Assembly (NCBI GenBank): GCA_030770535.1
Contig: JASVEC010000169.1
Coordinates: 1 to 37,563, forward strand
Direction: 5' to 3'
Length of the DNA: 37,563 bases
Origin: Batkoa obscura
Taxonomy: Eukaryota
The stretch's first letter is position 1, and the number at the start of each line of letters is the position of its first letter. Both the position numbers and the translations under genes were made by a program. This document shows positions 1-12,887 of the stretch, one piece after another. Under the pieces are notes generated by a model. That model did no database searches. It had not been told where the DNA came from and saw only the letters and a program-made list of their open reading frames with translations.

Positions 1-260
1 AAACAGTATTGGTAAACTCTATAATTACTACAAAATAGCACAATCATTATATTGGAAAACTATTATTTATACAAAGATTATGTACTTGTATTTAGAAAAG
101 AATTCAAAAGATCAACTAAGGTTTTTAATATCCTCAGGATGTTTTTACCTTTTGGGACATTTTTAAAATCATATAAAAAAAGTCTAAGTGGTTAGATTTG
201 ATACCATGTCAGTTTCGTGTCTTATATCTTATTATTTTATAAAACAAAGAATACAAACAT

Positions 261-352
261 GGAGGTGTATTTTTTTTTAGTTTTACTAACAATCTTTTCA
301 CTCAAATAGCGCTTAAAAATGGAAAAAGTAATAAAACTAAAAAAACATCCCC
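261..352 (+). mobile_element. MITE copy 1 (~97-bp family; orientation arbitrary, + defined by copy 2)
   Basis: ggaggtgtatttt...ttactaacaatcttttcactcaaatagcgcttaaaaatggaaaaagtaa...aaaaacatcccc; flanks acat/atat. Confidence 0.9.
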
Positions 353-375
353 ATATATTTTCTGGAATTAGATAT

Positions 376-472
376 GAGGATGTATTTTTGTATTTAAGAA
401 TTTTACTAACAATTTTTCACACAAATAGCGCTTAAAAAATGGAAAAATAATAAAACTAAAAAAAACAGCCCC
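376..472 (+). mobile_element. MITE copy 2
   Basis: gaggatgtattttt...aaatagcgcttaaaaaatggaaaa...aaaaacagcccc; flanks atat/atat. Confidence 0.9.
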
Positions 473-911
473 ATATAAATTTTGATAATAATTTAAAAGT
501 TAAAGTTCTAATCATTTTTAGATATTGCATAGAAAGCATATCAAATATATTTTAAAGGATTTTTAACTATATTTTTAATTATTTGATAATTTCACTGCAT
601 ATTATTATAGAATATTTATTTTAAGTATATATTAAATTTTAGACTGTAATAAGGTTTTAATGATTTTATAAATGAATTTCAATAAACATGAAAGTTTAAA
701 GTAAATTGTAAGCAAATGGATTTATATTCTAAATATGTTATTTAAAAAATTTATCACAACTAAAATCCATCAATCAGAAGCATTATATATAGATATTAAG
801 CTTTTATATACATTTTTTAAAATTTTATATTAAATTATTAACATTTAGTTGAGAAAATTTGAAAATAATCAAACATACCTAATTGTTTAGTACATAATTG
901 TAATAAAATAT

Positions 912-1004
912 GGGAATGTTTTTTGATTTCATTATTTTCCATTTTTGAGCGCTATTTAAGTGGGAAAGATTGTTGGTAAAATCTTAACAAAAAAATACAT
1001 CCCC
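912..1004 (-). mobile_element. MITE copy 3
   Basis: Reverse-complement copy gggaatgtttttt...gagcgctattt...aaatacatcccc; flanks atat/atat. Confidence 0.9.
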
Positions 1005-1748
1005 ATATATACTAACATAAAGTCAAGATTAAGTGAATTAAATAATTTTTTGTATTACTAGGTCGTAAGTTTAATAATCTTGATTTCTTTGTGAATCTTA
1101 ATTGGTAAGAGTATAAGGCTGTTATGATATAGCTTTTTTACAAACTAACTAAATTTTAATTGCAAAATATCTACTATCTTATAATCAAGAATGTTTTTCA
1201 ATTGAAAAAATATGACTACTATATAAAATGACCTTAAATAACTTTTAAAGTATCGTTATCTGGAAAAAGATGTTCGATTTAAAGTTGTGAGGCCTTGGAT
1301 ATGAGTTCATTTACAATCGAAGTCTATCTTTTTGAAGCTTTATTTCTTCAGCTTTTGATAGTTAAACAAATCCTATAGAAATTGCCATCCTTTTGAATAA
1401 GCTCGAAATTATCACTATAAAGGTTAAACTGTAAATTTTGAACTTTTGAACTTAGCCGGATCATTAACTTTATCCATCAATAAATAAAAAAGAATATTAT
1501 TTAATAAAGAACTATTGAATGAACTACTAAAACTATTATTTTCAATTATATTCCTAATTAAATCATGATAGAATACACCAAAATAAAATAAGATTCCAAA
1601 TAGCCAAAGGAGCTTTAAAATTTTAATTCAGTAATGTCTCAATTTAAAATGGCTTGGCATACACCATATTTCCAAGAAAAGCTATAAAAAGAAATAAAAA
1701 TCAACGCTTCAACTTTAAAAAATATATAATATTCCATATCAATATAAA

Positions 1749-2054
1749 ATGCGTTTCAATACTTTAATTGTATCTGTATTCCTTACCTTAGTAGCTGCTC
1801 AAGATAGCTCTAATACTTCTCCTGATTCAGTAATGGATACCTCTAATTCTAGTATGGGAGACACTCAATCACCAACTGTTATTACTGGCGATGCTGCATC
1901 TACTTCAACTTTAACTTTAACTTCAACTGGGGACATGCCAACTACTGTTAGTGGAGTTTCTACTACTTCTGGTACCTCTTCCGGATTTTCAATTAAGTCA
2001 AACTTTGTAGCCTCCCTCTTTGGTACTATTGTTGCTGGCTATCTTGCTAATTAA
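1749..2054 (+). CDS. Small secreted Ser/Thr-rich protein, probably GPI-anchored cell-surface protein
   Basis: Signal peptide (MRFNTLIVSVFLTLVAA), S/T-rich body, small-residue omega region (SSG) and hydrophobic C-terminus; TATAAAA at 1683. Confidence 0.8.
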   Translation: MRFNTLIVSVFLTLVAAQDSSNTSPDSVMDTSNSSMGDTQSPTVITGDAASTSTLTLTSTGDMPTTVSGVSTTSGTSSGFSIKSNFVASLFGTIVAGYLAN

Positions 2055-3544
2055 TTGTCTTTTTTTAATAATAAATAGTCTTAATACTAATATTTATTTT
2101 ATTTTTATAACATGTACAACATTTTCATTATTAATTAACTTTGTTTAATATAATACAATCCTTATCATAAATAAAAAATTGCAAAAATTTATTATATAAT
2201 TCAAAATTATGAGTATTAATATATGAATGCTAGTAAATAGATTAAAAAGATCACTTTTTCTTTCAAAATATTGAATTTCGAGACTTGCAAATGCGTCAAT
2301 AATGAATAGAAAATTTAATCAGAGTTGAAATAGAGGTGATTTGGGTTTAAAATGCTATTAGAGGAAGAAGTAAGGAACATTTAGAGTAAGAGGTAACTTT
2401 TTATACTATATAGGAAACACTCTGGTTTAGGAGAGCCTAATTTCGACCAAATCATATACAACATTCGAGTTGTTTTCCGCTTTAAAGATAAATCCAGATG
2501 TATGAAACAGTAGAGGTAGGGTAGACTAAATGTCTGATTTTGAAAGTTTAGTTGTCAAAATCCTTTTAGATCTTAAAATAGTTCATTTCTTTGACGTCTT
2601 ATCATCTAGCTATAAGCTGATATTATAGTAAGAATTTTGTAAATGAAATAATTCTTTATATGGTATGAGCATACTGTCATTTGTATTAAATCATCCTTTT
2701 TTATTATAAGTTATTAATAGAAGATAGTAATACTAATGTTTATTATAGAATTCCTTCTCAATAGATTCAAACTTTAATTAGAAACATACACGAAAGAAAT
2801 TAAGAATCTAGTTAGAACTAAGATTGGGATAATTTAAACCCAAGGCTCAATATTTTTCCGGATTAGATTTATCGTAAAGTTCATTGAAGACAAATACTGT
2901 GAAATTATATTTTTTACTTCTTTTTAAATTTAATTAATATGATTTGTTAACTTAAATCTAATTCAAATACGAAAATATTGCTTGAGGTTTTAATCAGCTC
3001 TTTAAACTCACCTGTATTTTAAACAACCTTAATTCAATTAATGCCCTTCCATTTTAAGCTATTTTCATCTAGAGAATGGTTTAGGATTAAAAATGATAAA
3101 TTAACTGTTGATATGAGTGCTCGAGAGTGTACGTTTTTATAGATTTCATGAGGCATTTGAAGTGATGATTTCGCTAGACAGACTGTCATTTGTGGTGTTT
3201 TTAAATAACAAACGAAAGAGTGTGTTTTGAATATGATCATCTATCCACTTGAGTTGGTAAATAGCGATAATAAGAAAAACAAGTGGTATAATGTTTCAAT
3301 AGGATGAAAATTATTACAAAGCATAGCATGAGTATCTGAGGTTAAAGCTGTATATTTGATTTAAAACTTTAAATGTATTGTGAATTTTAACCAATTATAA
3401 ATACCATGCTCACGAATACTCCTGTAAAAATAGACAACATATCAAAGATATCCCTTATATGAGTTCTACAGATTAAAAGTAACTATACTGAGTTATGGGA
3501 AATGTAAAAGTCCTACTAGTAGAAAACCACCATTTCATAATATA

Positions 3545-3643
3545 AGGGATATATTTTTGTATCTAGGAATTTTACTAACGGTTTTTCCACTCAAATAGTG
3601 CTTGAAAGATGGAAAAAGTAATGAAGTAAAAAAAACACCCACA
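3545..3643 (+). mobile_element. MITE copy 4
   Basis: agggatatattttt...ttactaacggtttttccactcaaatagtgcttgaaagatggaaaaagtaatgaa...aaaaacacccac; ends approximate. Confidence 0.85.
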
Positions 3644-4259
3644 ATATGTCGTCTTTTATTTAATACAAAGTAAGAAGTTATATTTTGAGAGATAAGGGAT
3701 GCCATTTCAAAATGGTTTAGAATAACCACTGATATCAAATTTATTTGATTTTTAGATCCCTTTTACTATCTGAGTTTTATTGGTTTTGTTTTTGACTACT
3801 ACTGATAATAAACTTTGATTATTCTTTTTAAGCAAATAATCTATCAAAGTTTAAACCCTTTACTTAAATAGTATTAACTTGTGTACATTATATAAAAACA
3901 AAAAATATATAAAGCTATTGCTTATCGTAGTTATATCACACTATAGATTGTTTAACGTTTTAGTAAGGTTTGTATAAGGATGTTTAACGGAAGCACTTGA
4001 AAGATGAATAGTGTTTGATTAACTTTACTGCAGCATTTAATGCAAAGGTACTAAAGATGAATAGAGGTGATATGATTTCTATTTAATTTGTAACATTGTA
4101 GGACGTTACAGGTAGAAAGAGAAATGATCATCTTTATTGTATACTAAAAGCTTAAAATCAACGCTTTAAAATTAGATGGCTTATCCGATATTGTAAGCAG
4201 TATTACTCTTAATTTTATGTCATAAACAAATTGATTGATTTAATATTTTAGATAAAGCA

Positions 4260-5430
4260 TTGTTTAGATAACTTACTCAACTCATTTACAATCATTTGTC
4301 CTACTCAGATGAACTGAATTCATTAATCCATTTATATATTCAACGCTTTCTCTGTAAGAATCACGGTAGCAATGTACAATACTTAAATATAAAAAGTGAT
4401 CGATTAAATTGTTTATTACCGTGCTCTAAAATAAAAATCTTAAGTGATGATTATACAAAGTTAACTTATATTAACATATTATGTGATTTAATACCATACT
4501 ATTCGCTCTATCTAAAGAATATAATATTACTTATAGGGAGTAAACATGAATCAATTATAATAAAGCATATAAAGTTGTCATCTGAAATTGAAAATTTAAC
4601 AGTTAGTATTAAAGTTTCATTTGATTTAGATAATTTTATTAATCTACTCGATCTCGATAAACTTACAGCATTTAAAATTAAACCTGTTTCAATCAATTTA
4701 AACAGATTTGTAAAATTAAAAGAGCTATTCAAGCAGCTAAAGAAGTTAATAATTAATTGTGATACTTATTTAATACCATTGAACTTTAATAACACTCCAT
4801 AATTTAACTCACTTGATGTACTAAAATTAATAGGTACCTTGTCAAATAAAGGTCCTATAAGCTTTTTAGGTAATGATTTTAACAAAATGGTACTTTTAAA
4901 TGTAAACGATTTCGTTTATGATGATACAGCCCAATCAACATGTTTAAGGATTCAATCTTTTGATTTTAGTAAACAAATGTACAGTATAAATTCATTTTTT
5001 GATGCTTCATGTTTAAGGGAGATCTAGGTTAGTAGGATAGATGCTTTCGAACCTCTCTTTGAAAGAATTTCAAGTTTAAAAAACCTTCAAATATCGAATA
5101 TACAAAATTTAAATTATACACATGTAAGCCAAAGGTTTGATCTACGGAGTTATAGTACCAGGAGTCTAGGAAATAATAACTACAAGATAATATATATAAT
5201 CATCACATACTTTTTTCATTCTAAATCAATTTAAAAATCTACTTTTAAATATTGTTTTATTTAACCTAATAATTTTTATAATATGCTATTTCTAGATAAA
5301 ATCAAAATAATCAATTTTACAAACGGTATATGTTGCTATAATAGTAATAGAACAATATATGGCATTTCTTCTAAAAAGCCGTTCTTAGTTCAAACTGATA
5401 GAAAATCCTTCAGTAATAGCCCGAGCCTGT
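4260..5430 (+). pseudogene. Degenerate F-box/LRR-family gene
   Basis: ORFs 4296-4802 and 4839-5027 share a frame, separated by an in-frame stop. N-terminal LTQLIYNHLSYSDELN is F-box-like. LDKLTAF...FKQLKKLII...LKLIGTLSNKGPISFLGN aligns by eye with PNKLKSL...FVNLKELDL...LKIEGCFGNNFNIEFLGN of 21666-22997. Boundaries approximate. Confidence 0.6.
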
Positions 5431-7457
5431 AATGTTAATCCATTATTTAAACCTATATATCTTAATAAGGTGATAGTAAACATTTTAGAATAATATCAAC
5501 CAAAATGAGATTTTATGTCATTGACTGATAACTTTAATGTCTAACTTCCAATTTAGAGCGTAATTTTCTTACTATATAAAATATCCAATAGTCGAAGAAA
5601 TTGAATGTCCAGAGAGATTTTCTTTTGATGGATCAACTTTGGTGGTGTAAAAAATCTAGCAAGTTAACATAATGTAGAAAATGAGAACTCAAGTCCTAAT
5701 CCCAGATACTTGCGCTAATATTAATAGTTATGGATGAAATTCACTGAATAGATTTTACTTAAAGACTAACGGGAAGCTGTTAGTCCTTGAAAGTCAATTA
5801 TGATGTGCTTTTAACTCGATTGTCCGCTTTTCAATCAGAATTTGTTCTATACAAAAGGAATTTTTTATTAAGAATTAGTAAAGGCTTTATATGAATACTG
5901 GTTTGCCTTCATCAAACTTTATTTAAGATTTATTTTTTATTTACTTGTACTACTTTTGTATTTATTCAAATGTTGTTTTAATATGCTTCACATTCTTGTT
6001 AATAACTTTTGATTTTAGTGCTTGACAAGTGAAGGTATCAAAATGTCATTTTTTAAAACGTACTTATCATAGATAGTATCCAGTGGGTTTGTTCACTTAA
6101 AAGATAAAAAATAAGATATTAGTGGAAGATGAGGGAAGAAGTAAATCTAGCAAGTCTTGAAGGGAAGATAAGGTTTTCTGCTCAGCTAATGCTAGGCGAG
6201 GACATAAGAACAATAGTAATAACGTTCTCGTACCTTTCTCCAAGACAAAAAGTAAATATTTTAAGAGGAGTATAAGTTTATATAACACTTATTCAAAAAA
6301 ATGGCGATAACACATTTAAAATAGCCGATTTCTAAATGCAAAGATAAAAATGAATTTTGCAAAATTAAATTAGATTTTAACACCAAGTTATAAATTATTA
6401 ACATAGTTATTATTTGATATCAATATACTATTTAGATTAATATAATACTATAAGCAAAAAGTGTCACTTAGTTGTAACAAAAAGTCAAATATAATCAAAC
6501 AATCTATTAAATACTTTCCAAATAAGAATTTACTAATTTTATTATTATTTGATGTCCTTTTATATTTATAAAAGCTGCTTTAATAACATTTTTAATATAT
6601 TCAATTAATTGAAAATCAAATTCAGTTGCTTTATTTGGGTAGAAGGCATTTATCAATGAACTAAGCTCTTTGTAGAATAACCAATTGAGCTTATAATGAA
6701 TTTGTACTTTATTTTTAAATTATTTAATTAAAGCTGATGATTATACTAAAGCAAAGTAAAAAGTTTATGCAAATACTTAATTTCACTTTAGTATTGATAT
6801 TAATGTTTAGTAAAGTTATTAGTGTAAAATACTGCAATCCGGAATATAAATTAATTAATCACTTAATTAAATATTCCATGAGATTTATTTAGAGATCTTA
6901 ATTAAGAATTAAAGCTTAAATGTATCTGTTCTAACAGTATTTAATTAGATGATTATTAAAATATTATATGAATATTATATGTAAAATTCAGCAGTAAAAA
7001 TATATTGATTAACTATACCATTTATATTTAACTATAATTACAGGAGTGTTATAATTTATCACATTTATAACAAAATCCTTTTTGATTTGCTATTTATTTT
7101 ATTCCGATGTTGATCTATTTGGTCTACAGTTGACTTTTTTAGAAGCTCTAAGCAAATAAACGAATCATTAACAAAATATCCAACGAATGGTTTGCTGATA
7201 AATATCATATGCAATGATAATTAAACTATCGAAATTTTATTAATGGAACAAGTTCTTAATTTAAAAAGTATAAAATCCTCGATAATTCATTTTCAATTTA
7301 AAAACTTTTTAAACTTAGATCAGTTTTATATCAACTTTACAACCTTTTTTATCAAGGATTTTTAATTCCAATTTAATTTTAATAATCATTCGTGCTTGAT
7401 CTGCATAAAAAACACACAAATCATTCGAATTAATAAACTATATACCTATTTAATCAA

Positions 7458-8961
7458 ATGCCTGCAAATATGATGGTACAAGCAACTAACATTGAATCTC
7501 AACCCGAAAAAGCACCTTCTACTTCAAATAGTCCTGCTCCTTTAAAAGCTTTAGCAATTAAGCCTACTTCAGAAATTCTTAGCACACTCAACACTCCTAA
7601 CTTGGAAAGTAAGCATTTATCATAATATTAAATACTTTTATTTATATTTATTAGGTGAGGAATTGAATAAATGGTTTGAGGATCTTGCTCAATATGAAAG
7701 AATGCTTGAGGAAATGTCTCGTGCCAATCTTGATTCCTCTTTTAAAGAAGAACTTGGATCAGTTGAGAATTGGTTCTCTGCCCTTTCTGAAGCTGAAAGA
7801 ACTGCAGCCCTTTTTTCCTTACTCCATCAATGTACTAACGTCCAAGTACGTTTTTTTATTACTGTGTTGCAAAAGCTTACTGTTGATCCAGCACATGATT
7901 TGATTTCCCCAGCCTTCCCTCCTAAGTTTGGCCTTCAAAGTAAGTTATATTATTTTTCAAAATTTATTTATTAACCTTCATTTAGCTGTTAACGAAGTTG
8001 CATCTGGAAAGACTGAAGGGGGAAACAATTTAATGGCCCCAGAAAATGGAGTTAAAAGAAGACATGGTCATTCCAAATCAGTAAGTATTGGTGATGCATC
8101 TATTATGGGATACAAACCAGTCATTAATCGTGGAGTAGCAAGTCGCCCAGTGGCACTTGATGTCAAAAAAGCCTCTGCTAATGAATGGAGTCAAAATTAT
8201 AGTCCGATCAGTTTATCCATTAAATCTGCATCCTTTGTTAAAGATTCTACTTGGGGCAAGGCCCCCTCTAAGGTGAAGAATCCAAAGAATCTTAACTTGA
8301 AAGTTGAAAATAAAGCTGAAACCGGTTCTTTCGCTTATCCAAAAACTCCAAAAACTCCAAAGACTCCAAAATCCGCCTTAAAGTCCCTTAACTCTCCTGC
8401 TTTTCCGCCAGGCCTCTCCCCTATCTCTTGGGCTGCTACTCCACATAACCCTTCTTTCTCGCCATCTCAATATAGCCAAAGCCAAACTTCTACTCAAAAC
8501 ACGCCTAGTAAACAATCCTTTAAAGATCCTAAACCACCTGCTGAACCAACTGACTTTGCTGTCCTTGAAAACATTCCAGTATGGATGCGCTCTCTTAGAC
8601 TTCATAAATATACTCATCTTTTTGAAACCATGTATTGGAAAGATATTGTTGTCTTGATGACGAAGCACTTGAAAAGAAAGGAGTTGCCGCTTTAGGAGCT
8701 CGCCGTAAATTCCTTAAAGTGTTTGCTCAAGTCCTTGAAGAAGCTAAAGAAAAGAACATAGATATTCCAAATCAATCTACTGGAACTAAGACTGAACAGA
8801 CTGAAATTAAGACTGAAACTAAGACTGAACAGACTGAAACTACAGTTGAAACAGAACCCAAGGTTGACGATACTACTAATGCTACTACATCCGTTCAAGA
8901 AACTATCTCAATTGAAGTAGAGGCTCCAGCTACCGAGAATGAGGTTAAGGACAGCCAATAA
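7458..8961 (+). CDS. VTS1: Vts1/Smaug-family SAM-domain RNA-binding protein; exons 7458-7608, 7655-7939, 7986-8961 with an apparent 1-nt deletion at ~8650
   Basis: N-terminal WFSALSEAERTAALFSLL...QVRFFITVL block; SAM motif WMRSLRLHKY...W...LDDEALEKKGVAALGARRKFLKVF split over two frames; GT-AG introns 7609-7654 and 7940-7985 keep the frame. Confidence 0.9.
8785..8856 (+). repeat. Coding tandem repeat (actaagactgaacagactgaa units; TKTEQTE) in the Vts1 C-terminal tail
   Basis: Two near-identical 21-nt units plus degenerate 9-nt sub-units. Confidence 0.7.
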
Positions 8962-9445
8962 TTTATTAAGGTTGAACCATTATATTACATATTATTATAA
9001 ATAAAGAATTTTATTTTTAGTTATCTATTTTAGATTATTGATAATATGGTCTAACTTTATTATTAAACGTTATTAAGTCTATTGATTAAATAGTAATTTA
9101 AGTGCCATTTTCATTTCACCTTAAATTTTATTTTTTTCTAAATTTAGATTCAACCTTAAAATCATTTATGCAAGTACACTTTACAGCGGTGTTCTTCATT
9201 TTCAATAAATATATACACATAAATCAAATTAACAATTGGTGCTTTTAAAGTTTTATATTAACTAAATCTCTTAAAAGAAAAGTAAACTGAAGTTCAAACA
9301 TATTGTTATTCTAAAGCTTCGTTTAAGAATGTAGTTACATTAATGAATAATATAAGTTAGAAGAGCAATATTTAAAAAGCAGTTATAATTATTAAATAAA
9401 ACATGAACAATCCAAAATAAACAATAATATTAGTGTTTTATTAAA

Positions 9446-9979
9446 TTAAAACGAGAGATTACTTAAGGAGTTAGCAAACAAAATATCAAAATCAACTGAA
9501 TTATAAACCAGATAAGCCCAACCTATAGAGTTGAATGACGAAGTAATAAAAAGGGAGTATACAGATAATCCACTATTATTTAATAACTCACTCGATTCAA
9601 TAGCATAGATACAAAAATAAAATACATAATTTGATAAGAAAAGCATGATCAAACTTAAGAGTATTGTTTTTAAAGGACATTTTAACAAGTCATAGATGTC
9701 TTTTGGCAATTTTGATATAATTTTACTAGGCTCTATCAATAAAAGATTCACTATAAAGGATGCTAAGCTTATCTGTGTTGCCAATGATAAAGCTAATGAT
9801 ATTGTGTTTGAACTTGTAAGGTTTTTGATTTCAAGATTATAAAGCGAAATTATCTGTATTGCATCTAAAAGTACCATGGAGCATAATAAACAGGGCACAG
9901 TAAGTTTTTCATTTTGATAATAGTTAGATTGGCTATTTGTATAGTAATTCCTTTGTCTATGTGTATTATAAGATAACAT
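9446..9979 (-). CDS. Hypothetical multi-pass membrane protein (177 aa)
   Basis: ATG-started 534-nt ORF in very AT-rich DNA with about four hydrophobic segments; no family recognised. Confidence 0.55.
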   Translation of the reverse strand: MLSYNTHRQRNYYTNSQSNYYQNEKLTVPCLLCSMVLLDAIQIISLYNLEIKNLTSSNTISLALSLATQISLASFIVNLLLIEPSKIISKLPKDIYDLLKCPLKTILLSLIMLFLSNYVFYFCIYAIESSELLNNSGLSVYSLFITSSFNSIGWAYLVYNSVDFDILFANSLSNLSF

Positions 9980-10932
9980 TCTAGTTCTAAGTAAATAAAG
10001 AATAAAAGATAAGAGTTTTATTTTTTTAAGAAATAAAGGATAAAGTTTTAAACTAGCTCTTGTCTATCAAGCATCTTATTAATTTTATGAAACAAATTTG
10101 AAATTTTTTTTAATTTATGTCTATTAAAGTTTGACGTTCCCTCTTTTTCTGTTCACTTAATCAATCTTTTATTTCATCTTTTTTGGGTAAAAGGAATATA
10201 CTTATTTTTAAAAAAGTAATAGTTTAGTGAACTTTTCATTTAATAATTTTTTTGAGTGTAGGCTAAATTACTATATTCCATCTATTTATTATTTATAATT
10301 AAACTATAACGTAACATATAATTTTAATTTAAATAAAACTCCTTCTGTTGACTTTTCCTTTTCAAAACTTATAACTAAACTTGAGTTTAAAAGTAAATTG
10401 TCCTTAGAAACTATTTATTTATTTTAGTCCGTTTAACGAACTAATTTTTAATTGCACTGCCGTTTATATGTGTCATCAAAGCTTGGAGAAAAAAATTGTT
10501 GAATTATTTTGTTAAGGGTGGAAAAAAATAAACTGAATTTTAGACAAATTTACTTTTTTAGTTTAATCACCTGTGAATATGCTTAAGTACATTTTTTAAA
10601 AATATTAATATATAAAATTTAATAAAAGTATTAAGTTCTATTAAAAAACAAAAAAAAACATTAAATTACATTAGAAAAGCACTACTAGATGGTATAAAAA
10701 TATCAAATTATTAAAATAGTGAAAACTTAGTTCATAATGAATAATAGACTTTAGTCAAGCAAAAAATTATTTAAAATCGATGTGTGTTAAATAAAAAAAT
10801 TAAATTAATATTATTTTATTTATAAAACATTTTTATCTATTAAAAAAAGCATGGTTAAATAAAATAATAACCCATTTTTTGATAACAAAAATTCAACGAT
10901 AATAGTATTAAATAGTCACACTTTACTCACAA

Positions 10933-11679
10933 TCAATTACTTGATTGGTGAACTTTCCCATGTCGACGCAAATTAGAAACAACTGAAAATTGGCGTCCAC
11001 AACCTTCAACGTTACAACGGAATGGTTTTTCTCCTGTGTGGGAGTAAGTGTGTGTAGTCAGTGATGATGGTCTCGAAAACCCTTTCCCACAAATAGTACA
11101 ACGATACCTCTTGTGTGCTGGATTCAATGGTTTAGAAGGAAAAGAAGTCATTAAAGTGTGGTTCGATAATGGCATTGAAGGTACCATATTTGTGTTGTAA
11201 ACGCTAGGCACACGGAATTGCATCATATTTGGATCATTGTACTGTTGAGTGTACAATGGATGATTTTGTAGTCCGGCTACTGGGTGCATTGGATAAAAGC
11301 TGGGATGATACAACAATTCCATAGGGTGTCCCATTGTACTATACATAATATTTGAATGTGAAAATTGACTTGTTTTTAAAGTTTCAGGGGTTGACATACT
11401 ACTATCACTTGAATCACTTTTATTGGATTGCCATAATTCTGGCATATATTGTGGATGACTATAAGAAAAGGTCGCATCTATTGGAGGGAGCTGTAAATTA
11501 TCATGTTCTAAGTGATATGGTAAAATCGGGGATAAAGGCTTTGGTTCCATAAACATATTGTTATACGGTAAACTTGAGGGTTCCATAAAGAAATCATTGT
11601 CTATTCCCATTTCTTTTTTAAAAAATTCAGCAATTTCACCACTGGTGCATTGTAAGCTAGTATTTGTTTCGCTATCCAT
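10933..11679 (-). CDS. C2H2 zinc-finger transcription factor, FlbC-like
   Basis: Two C-terminal fingers CTICGKGFSRPSSLTTHTYSH-TGEKPF-CNVEGCGRQFSVVSNLRRHGKVH; P/S/M-rich N-terminal region. Confidence 0.9.
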   Translation of the reverse strand: MDSETNTSLQCTSGEIAEFFKKEMGIDNDFFMEPSSLPYNNMFMEPKPLSPILPYHLEHDNLQLPPIDATFSYSHPQYMPELWQSNKSDSSDSSMSTPETLKTSQFSHSNIMYSTMGHPMELLYHPSFYPMHPVAGLQNHPLYTQQYNDPNMMQFRVPSVYNTNMVPSMPLSNHTLMTSFPSKPLNPAHKRYRCTICGKGFSRPSSLTTHTYSHTGEKPFRCNVEGCGRQFSVVSNLRRHGKVHQSSN

Positions 11680-12412
11680 ATTTCAAATTTAGGTGAAGAT
11701 AATAAAATTAAGTTTTAATGTTTAATCTCTTTAGTAAATAAGTTAAACTTAAAAGAGTATAGTTAAGTTTAAAAATAAAAACTTCGATTAGATTAATTTT
11801 TAACAGGTATTTATAGTATATTTGAATCTAAGTTTAACAGGAGTTTATAAGCAAATACTCAACCAACTAATTAAAATTAAGATACTATTAAGTACGTTTT
11901 AAAATAATTTAACATCAGATTTGTATTGTATGAGGCACTTAACTTAAGGGAAAGTAACATATAAAGTAATTCAAATTTAATACACCCTAACCTAAAAGAG
12001 TATAGCAAATTTTGAGAGCGTTTGGATTTTTTCAACTAAAAATGGATTACTTAATTTCACCTTTGAAAGCAATTATTTGTTAGAAACATTTGATGGAGAG
12101 ATTGAGAAATTATCAATTCAAGACATAATAAACGCTATATTTGGTAGCATTCAATTCCGTTTCAAACTACCCATCAACTAATCATTTAAATCAAAATAGA
12201 CCAATTAAATTTAAATATTTATTAAAAATTTACATCATATTTGAAATACTTTGATTATTTTAGTTAAGTTTAAAATAGCTTGAGTTTATTATTATAGAAA
12301 ATATATGTTAGAAACTAATCTAACGCCTTTGTCAATAATAATCAAAGGTAACTTCCAATAAATTGATATTATGTTATTCAAAAACTAGCTAAACTAAAAA
12401 TAGTAGTATATA

Positions 12413-12446
12413 ATATATAATATATAATATATTATATATTATATAT
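12413..12446. repeat. Perfect 34-bp AT-only palindrome built from TATATAA units
   Basis: a-TATATAA-TATATAA-TATA-TTATATA-TTATATA-t. Confidence 0.8.
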
Positions 12447-12791
12447 AAGAATAAAAGTATTATTATTGCTATTACTAAAGTGTTTATTATTTAATTACAC
12501 AATTTCTGAATATCAAATTAATAAATTTTGGTAGATCATTTCTCGACTTAAAAATACTTTAAAAATAAATATTAAAGCTATTTTATATTAAGAGATTAAA
12601 TGCCCAAACATTAATATCATAAGCTTGAAATCAATTTTTACTGAATAAAACAATCACATATTGGTATCATTGCTTATTATAATGGGCTTTAATGAATATT
12701 ATTAATGAGTAATGATAGCAAAAAATAAAGAACATCAAATTATAAGTACTGAGTATTAAATACCAAGTAATAAGATTAATGAGATTTCTAT

Positions 12792-12887
12792 GGGGATGTA
12801 TTTTTTTGTTTAAGAATTTCACTAGCAATTTTTTCACTTGAATAGCACTTAAAAAATGGAAGAAGTGATGAAACCAAAAACACCCCT
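12792..12887 (+). mobile_element. MITE copy 5
   Basis: ggggatgtattttttt...aatagcacttaaaaaatggaagaagtgatgaaaccaaaaacacccct. Confidence 0.9.

Noticed and set aside
261..476. Adjacent direct repeats resembling a CRISPR array or tandem repeat
   Set aside because: They are two dispersed-family MITE copies; there is no repeat-spacer periodicity, no cas genes, and the context is eukaryotic
2280..3300. Slightly GC-richer intergenic tracts (also 5640-6290 and 28700-29260) as possible TE or gene relics
   Set aside because: Translations gave only short ORFs with no motif I could recognise; a tBLASTx search is needed
3535..3738. ORF 3535-3738 (-), and likewise 24500-24763 (-)
   Set aside because: They run through MITE sequence or antisense to a real gene; no coding signature
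8378..8898. Antisense and alternate-frame ORFs (7676-7903, 8378-8668, 8692-8898, 11352-11552, 14945-15127, 16576-16785, 27525-27719, 28045-28308, 29371-29736, 32406-32720)
   Set aside because: Shadows of better-supported genes at the same loci
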